43,413 nt of DNA. Source: a virus. Shown piece by piece: positions 34,749 to 40,591 of the stretch. The notes below the pieces were generated by a model, which did no database searches, was not told the DNA's origin, and saw only the letters and a program-made list of their open reading frames with translations. Where the stretch lies: the IMG/VR virus record IMGVR_UViG_3300009078_000001, one strand, 5' to 3'. Numbering within the stretch: the stretch's first letter is position 1; each line of letters begins with the position of its first letter. Made by a program: the position numbers and the translations under genes.

Positions 34749-35431
34749 CCTCTTACCGCCTGCAGTGCCTGATAACTCGCCTTGTAGTTTTTGATTTCAG
34801 TGGCCTTTTGAACGTTGAGTTCGTTTAGTATTTGAGTCGCCGATATGCCGAATTGCTTCTGGCAGTACATGACAAATTCTGTGGGGTTGGCGAAGTCCGG
34901 TAATGTGGTGGCTATCTGTGTAGCCGCATCTTTCTCGGCCTTTGGTTTGCCACCGGTTGCCGCCGGCTTCAGGTAATCCGCCATCTTATCTCTTTGGTAT
35001 GCCCTGTAGGCCGCCAAGAGGTCAGCCGGGGGCGGCTCCTTGCCGTCTATGATCTCGTCCTTGATTTGGTTAGCTACCGTCTGCTGCTCGATTGACTTGC
35101 GGGTTTCAGGCGAGTCCTGACGGGGCTGCCAGCCTTTACCTCCACCCTCGCTCCTGACCGGCTTGCCGTCTACCCACATCTGCGAGACGTTCCTTTCCTT
35201 GTAAACCTCGCCATCGTATTCCCTCTCAGATTCCTCAAATTCAACCTCGGCCTTCAGGTCTTTTGCCAGCACTTCGCTGATACTTTTTGACATGGTTTTA
35301 AATTTGAGTTCCTTGTCGCCCACCATGGCCTTGAAGCCATAAATTGTGTATGGCTTCCCGGTGTTCTTGGATGTGCCTGACTTGGTTTCCAGGATTTCAG
35401 TTACCTGTATCTGTTCTTTCTTTTTATCCAT
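34745..35431 (-). CDS. Putative ssDNA-binding / recombination partner protein
   Basis: 228-aa ORF coupled to the nuclease gene. The function is inferred only from position. Confidence 0.35.
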   Translation of the reverse strand: MDKKKEQIQVTEILETKSGTSKNTGKPYTIYGFKAMVGDKELKFKTMSKSISEVLAKDLKAEVEFEESEREYDGEVYKERNVSQMWVDGKPVRSEGGGKGWQPRQDSPETRKSIEQQTVANQIKDEIIDGKEPPPADLLAAYRAYQRDKMADYLKPAATGGKPKAEKDAATQIATTLPDFANPTEFVMYCQKQFGISATQILNELNVQKATEIKNYKASYQALQAVRG

Positions 35432-35440
35432 TTCTCCCTC

Positions 35441-35620
35441 TTATAAATATTTATCTGCTTCTTTGTTGATTTCTATTAAAGTGTCCTGCTGGCCAAATGT
35501 CGCCACTCGTTTACCGTACTGGTAAAGGTGGACGAAGTCGTCAGCTTCTTCTCGAAGTTCCAACCCCTTGGCCCGGTGCCAGGGTTGTAAAATTCCGTTG
35601 TACTGTGATACTATTACCAT
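35441..35620 (-). CDS. Hypothetical protein (59 aa, not in track)
   Basis: My translation is MVIVSQYNGILQPWHRAKGLELREEADDFVHLYQYGKRVATFGQQDTLIEINKEADKYL*. Confidence 0.5.
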   Translation of the reverse strand: MVIVSQYNGILQPWHRAKGLELREEADDFVHLYQYGKRVATFGQQDTLIEINKEADKYL

Positions 35621-35634
35621 AACCCTTTTTATTG

Positions 35635-35667
35635 GGGGAGCGGTTTACCGCCGCTCCCCTTTTCTTT
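35635..35667 (+). terminator. Strong hairpin plus T-run oriented for the plus strand
   Basis: GGGGAGCGG-TTTACCG-CCGCTCCCC followed by TTTTCTTT on the plus strand. On the minus strand the hairpin is followed by CAATAAAAAG. Confidence 0.5.
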
Positions 35668-35675
35668 ACCCCCTT

Positions 35676-35846
35676 TTATTTTTGTATAACTACCCCGCAA
35701 AAGGGGCAGGTATCCCCCGTTTCAATATTCTCCGGCAGCCTACCGGCGCACCAGCCGCATTTTATAGCGCCTGAGTCTGTGCGCCGTATCCCAATTTTTT
35801 TAAGGACATCGGGCTGTTTACGTTCCGTTACGCGATGCGTTACCAT
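35676..35846 (-). CDS. Zinc-ribbon protein (56 aa, not in track)
   Basis: My translation is MVTHRVTERKQPDVLKKIGIRRTDSGAIKCGWCAGRLPENIETGDTCPFCGVVIQK*. Confidence 0.55.
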   Translation of the reverse strand: MVTHRVTERKQPDVLKKIGIRRTDSGAIKCGWCAGRLPENIETGDTCPFCGVVIQK

Positions 35847-35927
35847 CTAACACTCCCTCATCCAGATATGAAGTTTATAAATCCCTACCAGAATGATTGC
35901 CAGCCCTATTAATATTCCTGTTATCAT
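35847..35927 (-). CDS. 26-aa single-TM peptide (not in track)
   Basis: My translation is MITGILIGLAIILVGIYKLHIWMREC*. ATGA overlap with the upstream stop. Confidence 0.4.
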   Translation of the reverse strand: MITGILIGLAIILVGIYKLHIWMREC

Positions 35928-36154
35928 TCTCCGCTTTCCTTTTGTAACGCTTCTTTCTTCTGGTTTACCATCTCAAGGTGTTTTGCAAAGATATAATCAA
36001 TCACCTTTTCGCCAGTTTTTACGGCGGCATAGGCTAATGAACAATTCATATTTGCTAGTTTTTGTATATCTAGTTCGATATGACACTTTAAAAGCCATGC
36101 TTCTTTAAAGGCTCGATATTGTTCCTTATCGAATGCAGCCCCAAACTTACTCAT
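35924..36154 (-). CDS. Hypothetical protein
   Basis: 76-aa ORF just downstream of the integrase. Confidence 0.6.
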   Translation of the reverse strand: MSKFGAAFDKEQYRAFKEAWLLKCHIELDIQKLANMNCSLAYAAVKTGEKVIDYIFAKHLEMVNQKKEALQKESGE

Positions 36155-36156
36155 AT

Positions 36157-37047
36157 CTAAATCTCCAACCTATTCACCGCATCGCTTAAATGCTTCGGTA
36201 CCAGGTCAATATAAATTGCCGTTGTGGAAATATCCTCATGGCCTAACAACTCCTGAACATCCTTTAAGCTAGTTCCCTTTTCAATTAACTGGGTAGCGAA
36301 AAAGTGCCTAAAAGAGTGTGTATGGAAGCCATCTACATGGGCGAGGCGAGCATAGCGCCTGACTATGTTTGAGAGGCGCTTGGGCTGTAGGTCGATGATG
36401 CGCTCGGAGGAGGTGAGCGCTGCAGTAAAATCATGGAGGCATTCGTAAAGTGAAGCTGCTATTGGTATTGCCCTGTCTTTATCTCCCTTGCCGTGCACCA
36501 GAATCATGCGGGCGGAAAAGTTTATATCCCGCATCCGTAAGTTTAAAAGCTCGCCTCGCCTCATGCCGGTATAGGCAAGGAGCAGGACAATCAAATGGTC
36601 TCTTGTTCTCTTGTGGTACTTGTCTTTAACCGTATCCACGGCCTCCAGGATAGCCCGCACCTGCTCTATAGGGTGATAAATGGGCAGGTGCTTCCTTTTC
36701 TTGAACTTGGCCTGGAAAACTATCTCGTGGTCGGCCAGGAAGGGTCTTAATGCGTGGTAGTAGCATCTTTGAGTTGACGAGGTAAATCCCTTACCTTTCA
36801 GGACACCTAAAAACTCATGGGCAGTCTCTGATGAAACTGTCTTTAATCCAAGCCACTGCACGTACGTGTCAATACAGCGTATGTATTTGCGTACCGTAGA
36901 AAGTGAAAGATCAGTGGCCTTAAGGGCTTCTTTGTAAGAAAGCAGGGCTAGCTGCGCCTCTGCCTGCCTTATTGCATCCGCCACTACATAACTCTTGTTT
37001 GCTATTATAACCTCTGCCACTGACATTCCCTCTTTTTTATGTTTCAT
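36157..37047 (-). CDS. int: Tyrosine recombinase / phage integrase (XerC/D-like)
   Basis: Catalytic set: TGMRRGEL (R), GKGDKDR (K), HSFRHFF (HxxR), LGHEDISTT (H) and AIYIDL (Y). Confidence 0.9.
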   Translation of the reverse strand: MKHKKEGMSVAEVIIANKSYVVADAIRQAEAQLALLSYKEALKATDLSLSTVRKYIRCIDTYVQWLGLKTVSSETAHEFLGVLKGKGFTSSTQRCYYHALRPFLADHEIVFQAKFKKRKHLPIYHPIEQVRAILEAVDTVKDKYHKRTRDHLIVLLLAYTGMRRGELLNLRMRDINFSARMILVHGKGDKDRAIPIAASLYECLHDFTAALTSSERIIDLQPKRLSNIVRRYARLAHVDGFHTHSFRHFFATQLIEKGTSLKDVQELLGHEDISTTAIYIDLVPKHLSDAVNRLEI

Positions 37048-37061
37048 AAAATGTTATAATG

Positions 37062-37114
37062 GGTACAGAACTCGGCTTACAGGTCTACTTGGCCGCCTTC
37101 TGTACCTTATTTTT
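37062..37114 (+). other. Hairpin plus T-run carrying an RNase P RNA P4-like 15-mer. It is a candidate attP core or a small antisense RNA.
   Basis: GGTACAGAA (37062-70) pairs with TTCTGTACC (37098-106) and is followed by TTATTTTT. ACAGAACTCGGCTTA lies at 37065-79. TGTTATAAT (an extended -10) lies at 37052-60. Confidence 0.4.
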
Positions 37115-37228
37115 CCTTGGCTTATTCCAGTATGGTGATTTACACCGGCCGCAATGTTTAGGCTCGGGTTCTTTGCGGGAAGCGAACTGTGAATTGCATC
37201 TTTGGCAGGTATAAATCTTCAATGTCAT
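37085..37228 (-). CDS. Small zinc-ribbon protein upstream of int (47 aa, not in track)
   Basis: My translation is MTLKIYTCQRCNSQFASRKEPEPKHCGRCKSPYWNKPRKNKVQKAAK*. It is a paralogue of 19895..20020. Confidence 0.6.
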   Translation of the reverse strand: MTLKIYTCQRCNSQFASRKEPEPKHCGRCKSPYWNKPRKNKVQKAAK

Positions 37229-37279
37229 GCTTTAAATATATACCTTTAGTTAAGCAATGTCAAGTAGTTAAGGGGCTTT

Positions 37280-37308
37280 TTGACAAAAAAAATTGCAAGT
37301 ATTATTCT
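37280..37308 (+). promoter_or_regulatory. Sigma70-like promoter for the lipoprotein moron
   Basis: TTGACA (37280-85), a 17-nt spacer, then TATTCT (37303-08). A GGTGGGGGTGGAG SD precedes the ATG at 37326. Confidence 0.5.
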
Positions 37309-37325
37309 GTAGGTGGGGGTGGAGA

Positions 37326-37661
37326 ATGAAAATCATCTTAATTGTGGTGGCCTTGCTACTTATGGTTTCCTGCGCGCCGGCTGAGAATACAGTTCAGCTT
37401 ACCGCTACGGTCAAATATAACAGCAACACGTTGTATCTAACCAACGATGACAATTTCAGCTGGTCAGATGTGAGGCTATATCTAAACGGGTTTGACTACC
37501 AGTTGGGCGTAGACAAAATTGGAGCCGGGGAAACCTTTAACACGCCTATTAAGGAATTTGTGACAGGGAAGGGAGAGCGGTTTAACCCGGTATCAACAAA
37601 GATAATGACTGTGTATATTGTTTCCACAGAGGGCGCGTGTGGCTTTGAATACGGTCAGTGA
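37326..37661 (+). CDS. Secreted lipoprotein (moron; possible superinfection-exclusion function)
   Basis: MKIILIVVALLLMVSCAPAEN is a signal peptide with a lipobox-like MVSC. It is on the plus strand, convergent with the neighbouring gene and overlapping its stop. Confidence 0.7.
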   Translation: MKIILIVVALLLMVSCAPAENTVQLTATVKYNSNTLYLTNDDNFSWSDVRLYLNGFDYQLGVDKIGAGETFNTPIKEFVTGKGERFNPVSTKIMTVYIVSTEGACGFEYGQ

Positions 37662-38173
37662 GCCTTTCTAACGGTCCTTAGATATTTTGCGCCCTCGTAC
37701 ATGTCCTTGAAGGCTAGAACCTTGTCCTCATTTGGAAACAGTATCACAACCGGGTTGGCCACATGGTTGCCGAAAAAGCCGTTCTGCTGGGCGAAGTCAT
37801 CATAAACCGCGTAAGTTCCGGGACGAACCGCTACACATTCTTTCCCGTCGTACTGGTAGGATTCCACGCTTGATACGTGGTGATGCTCAATGGTTACTAT
37901 GCGAGCCCACGGAGCGTACATCCGTTGGTACTGTTTATTAGAGTGCGTCTGGTTAAAGCTGGAATTGAACTTGCCCTGATGGATTGAAAACTCAGAGTAT
38001 GTCTGGTTCCCAACCTGATAATTAATCCTCCCGCCGTGCTTTATATAACAGATTTTTAGTTGCTTGGCCTTTTCACCCAACCAATCCTCACCGGTCAATA
38101 AGGTATCCCAGTGGTTGTGATTGCCCGTTTTTAATACGAGTGTTTTTACAAACATCTTATCTAGGGTAAGCAC
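37655..38173 (-). CDS. Metallophosphoesterase-like protein, C-terminal part (in frame with 38186..38737 across a single TAA)
   Basis: LVLKTGNHNHWD (GNH(D/E)-type motif) and VTIEHHHV. Confidence 0.6.
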   Translation of the reverse strand: MLTLDKMFVKTLVLKTGNHNHWDTLLTGEDWLGEKAKQLKICYIKHGGRINYQVGNQTYSEFSIHQGKFNSSFNQTHSNKQYQRMYAPWARIVTIEHHHVSSVESYQYDGKECVAVRPGTYAVYDDFAQQNGFFGNHVANPVVILFPNEDKVLAFKDMYEGAKYLRTVRKAH

Positions 38174-38185
38174 CAGTAAACCTTT

Positions 38186-38737
38186 TTACACGGCTATTGG
38201 TATCTGATTATGGGAGCTGCCCATTTTGGTGGCCTGGATTATATTCTGTATGGAATCCCCGCCTATGTTTATGTATAAACCGGGCTCCTTCTGAATAAAA
38301 TTCATGTCCTTTTCAAAGGCATCGTAATCCACGCCGAACTGCCCCAGCTGCCAGTCGGAGGACTCCACTATTCCGATTGGTAGTTTGGTATCAAATATAA
38401 CACCGACTTCCTGGGGGATCTTCTGGTGGAAGCCAACTAGGTCATCCATTTCTTTGATAACTCTTAAATGTTCCGCCCACGTAGAATCTGCAGGAAGTTT
38501 ATAATTAAACTGAGGCGGGACCGTATAGCGCGGGTCGTCATGGGCATAGGCTTTATGTCTTATATCCTCTGGTAAATATACACCCCGGGCCGTCATGCCG
38601 TTGGCAAATGAATCGACCGAGGTATAATTATACTTTTTAGCCAGTTTCTGCCGTTGCGAGATATCCGATGATAGATATTCCTCAATGAGTGATTTCCATT
38701 GCGTTGATTTTAATGGTGGTAGTTTAGTTGGTGGCAA
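38186..38737 (-). CDS. Metallophosphoesterase-like protein, N-terminal part
   Basis: VESSDWQLGQFG (degenerate DxH motif) and INIGGDSIQN (GD motif). The stop TAA at 38188-38186 is followed in the same frame by KGLLVLTLDKMFVK... Confidence 0.6.
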   Translation of the reverse strand: MPPTKLPPLKSTQWKSLIEEYLSSDISQRQKLAKKYNYTSVDSFANGMTARGVYLPEDIRHKAYAHDDPRYTVPPQFNYKLPADSTWAEHLRVIKEMDDLVGFHQKIPQEVGVIFDTKLPIGIVESSDWQLGQFGVDYDAFEKDMNFIQKEPGLYINIGGDSIQNIIQATKMGSSHNQIPIAV

Positions 38738-38739
38738 AT

Positions 38740-38988
38740 TTACCTCCTGATTAGAATCACCAGGATAATTCCATTGGTGAGGAGATTAATAGACTGGGAG
38801 ATAATAAAGACAGGTGAGTGGAGCCATACGGCGTGGCACAAGTAGCAGATTAAAGCGAGGATTAAAAAGAGGTAGGTTAGCCTGGAGATTCCGTTTGATT
38901 TAGACTTGATCATTTTGTAGAGCTGGGCCGGGGCCACGAAGAGGCCGCAGAGGATGCCGAGGTATCCGATGACGTTTCCGATTTCGAT
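38740..38988 (-). CDS. SemiSWEET / PQ-loop-like 3-TM membrane protein. The start is uncertain: ATC at 38988 or 38991 after GGAGGA. The track begins at GTG 38937.
   Basis: My upstream translation in frame is GGSIIEIGNVIGYLGILCGLFVAPAQLYKMIKSKSNGISRLTYLFLILALICYLCHAVWL.... The frame is open up to 39051 but has no ATG, GTG or TTG before 38937. Confidence 0.55.
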   Translation of the reverse strand: MEIGNVIGYLGILCGLFVAPAQLYKMIKSKSNGISRLTYLFLILALICYLCHAVWLHSPVFIISQSINLLTNGIILVILIRR

Positions 38989-39251
38989 GATTGATCCTCC
39001 AATTCCATGATACTCATGATGGCATAATTTGAAAGGTCTAAAAGCGTATCTCTAAGGGATTCATCCACTTGTTGAGGGGTTTTTGTGAGGGAAATAAGGC
39101 GGTTTAGCTTGTCGTACATGCGGGTAATAGCGGAGATGATTCCGAGGTCTTTGAAGGTGCGGCCGAATGAATCGCCGTAATCATGGTTTTTTATAACATA
39201 TATGTTATATAGTTCCTGGCAGATTTCAAGGTGTCTTTTTGCTTTGTCCAT
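38910..39251 (-). CDS. DUF1599 (MazG-like, nucleotide-modification-associated) protein
   Basis: IKNHDYGDSFGRTF...ITRMYDKLNRLISL...DTLLDLSNYAIMSIMELE. The low-complexity Ser-rich tail is the alternative-frame reading of the PQ-loop TM1. Confidence 0.65.
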   Translation of the reverse strand: MDKAKRHLEICQELYNIYVIKNHDYGDSFGRTFKDLGIISAITRMYDKLNRLISLTKTPQQVDESLRDTLLDLSNYAIMSIMELEDQSSKSETSSDTSASSAASSWPRPSSTK

Positions 39252-39290
39252 TTACCCTCTTTAGGTATAATAAGACCCGTTTTAGGTATG

Positions 39291-39333
39291 TGTGTATCCT
39301 CTTGTGTACGCCTTTATGTACAATCCAGTGTAC
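39291..39333. repeat. Four TGTA(C/T)-core repeats with exact 12-bp phasing
   Basis: TGTGTAT (39291), TGTGTAC (39303), TATGTAC (39315) and AGTGTAC (39327). Confidence 0.7.
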
Positions 39334-39383
39334 GAGCTGGCAGAAGATGGCACAGGCCACCATGTCAACTAAAATCCACCAGT

Positions 39384-39611
39384 TCAAAGGCGTTTCCTTT
39401 TGGTGATGTTTTTAGTGGGAATTGTGATAGTGTCACCGTACCCGGTGCCGTCCAGCATGGCATTGACAGCCAGAATAGTTTCCTCTTTGCCGGCGCGAAC
39501 CAGGAAGCCGGCAGAGGCGCACTTGGCAGCCTGAAGATTCTTTGCGATCTTTTTAGGCATCCAGCCATGATGCACACAGCTATCCGTCCACTCTATATAA
39601 TAAATACGCAT
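39384..39611 (-). CDS. Hypothetical protein
   Basis: 75-aa ORF (MRIYYIEWTDSCVHHGW...). Confidence 0.6.
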   Translation of the reverse strand: MRIYYIEWTDSCVHHGWMPKKIAKNLQAAKCASAGFLVRAGKEETILAVNAMLDGTGYGDTITIPTKNITKRKRL

Positions 39612-40093
39612 AATATTTCTCTTTAATAAGGATGCTGGCTCGGATGTTTAGTTTACGCCTCTTATTATCAGGACGTATCCCGACAAAACCCGATAGTTTT
39701 TGGCGAGGACACCAGCACCTTTGTTTGCCCAGTTTCTAATCGGGTGATACTGGACAGGACGTCGATTAACCACTACGGAGAGCGACTCCGATTAGCAACC
39801 CGTTGCCCTATTGTGAGGCAACCCTATGGGACTCTAACCTGTAAGATAGCCTCACGTAGTTACCCGCCATTAACCACTCTGAGGTTGGCAGGTGTAAGTA
39901 CAGGACGCACCCTAGAAAATCCTGTCTGGCTTGCCCTTCTAAGGCAGGCGCTGCAATACCATTCTAGGAATAGCATCGGGCGCAGATTACTTGGCGGCTT
40001 CTGCGAACAGCATTATCCCGTTCCGGCTGGCCACGGAAACAGGCATGGCTGCCTTTGACCCTTAATTAACACCGCCGCTTGGTGAGGCCAGTT
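39612..40093. other. 482-nt ORF-free, G+C-rich island: candidate structured non-coding RNA or decayed gene
   Basis: All three minus-strand frames contain multiple stops. The only long ORF (plus strand, 39744..40058) is Arg-rich and not protein-like. Many 6-8-bp complementary segments are present. Confidence 0.4.
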
Positions 40094-40345
40094 CTAAGTA
40101 TGAGCGCAAGGCGTAGATTCTGCTATGCTAGTAGATTTTGCTGTGATATAAGTTGTGGGATAATCGCAAGAAGTTCCCCCCGTACTATAATACGGAGTAG
40201 TATATGGCCGATATGTCCAATCCCCATAATATGGCCAATAGTTATGTTGATGCCCGCCCCATTCCCTTTTACACTTCGTGCAGTAAACCACATCACATTT
40301 ACCGCAATACTTTAGATTGTGTTCGCACTCATTATGTTCGTGCAT
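40094..40345 (-). CDS. Cys/His- and Tyr/Trp/Pro-rich small protein
   Basis: 83-aa ORF with a strong RBS (AAGGAGG). MHEHNECEHNLKYCGKCDVVYCTKCKREW.... Confidence 0.65.
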   Translation of the reverse strand: MHEHNECEHNLKYCGKCDVVYCTKCKREWGGHQHNYWPYYGDWTYRPYTTPYYSTGGTSCDYPTTYITAKSTSIAESTPCAHT

Positions 40346-40486
40346 ACGACCTCCTTAATTTAATGATGGTTCCTCTTAATCGTGTGAAAAGATAGGTGTT
40401 ATTCCAGAACCAATGTTTGAATTTAGCCCACATTATCACTCCTTAATTAATTTAATGGAGGGCGGGTAGAGGGTTGCCCGCCCACG

Positions 40487-40591
40487 TTAAGGGTAGAAAT
40501 TCCACAAGACGTAATAGGAGAACAGGAAGAAGGCTACCCATGCTATAAAGACACCGATAGCCACTGCAACGATTAACTTCCAGAGGTTCAT
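40487..40591 (-). CDS. 34-aa single-TM peptide (not in track)
   Basis: My translation is MNLWKLIVAVAIGVFIAWVAFFLFSYYVLWNFYP*. ATGA overlap with the upstream stop. Confidence 0.45.
   Translation of the reverse strand: MNLWKLIVAVAIGVFIAWVAFFLFSYYVLWNFYP

Noticed and set aside
39744-40058. Plus-strand 104-aa ORF inside the non-coding island (also 39231..39626, 40079..40315 and 40204..40395)
   Set aside because: It has a GTG start without an RBS. Its composition is Arg/Leu/Gly/Pro-rich, as expected from random reading of G+C-rich DNA. It lies on the opposite strand to all surrounding genes. I keep it only as the alternative hypothesis in the corresponding finding.
40333-40433. 33-aa basic ORF (MWAKFKHWFWNNTYLFTRLRGTIIKLRRSYART) upstream of 40094..40345
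   Set aside because: It is very short and overlaps the RBS and start of the next gene, and it has no supporting features beyond an RBS-like AAGGAG. It is left unannotated.
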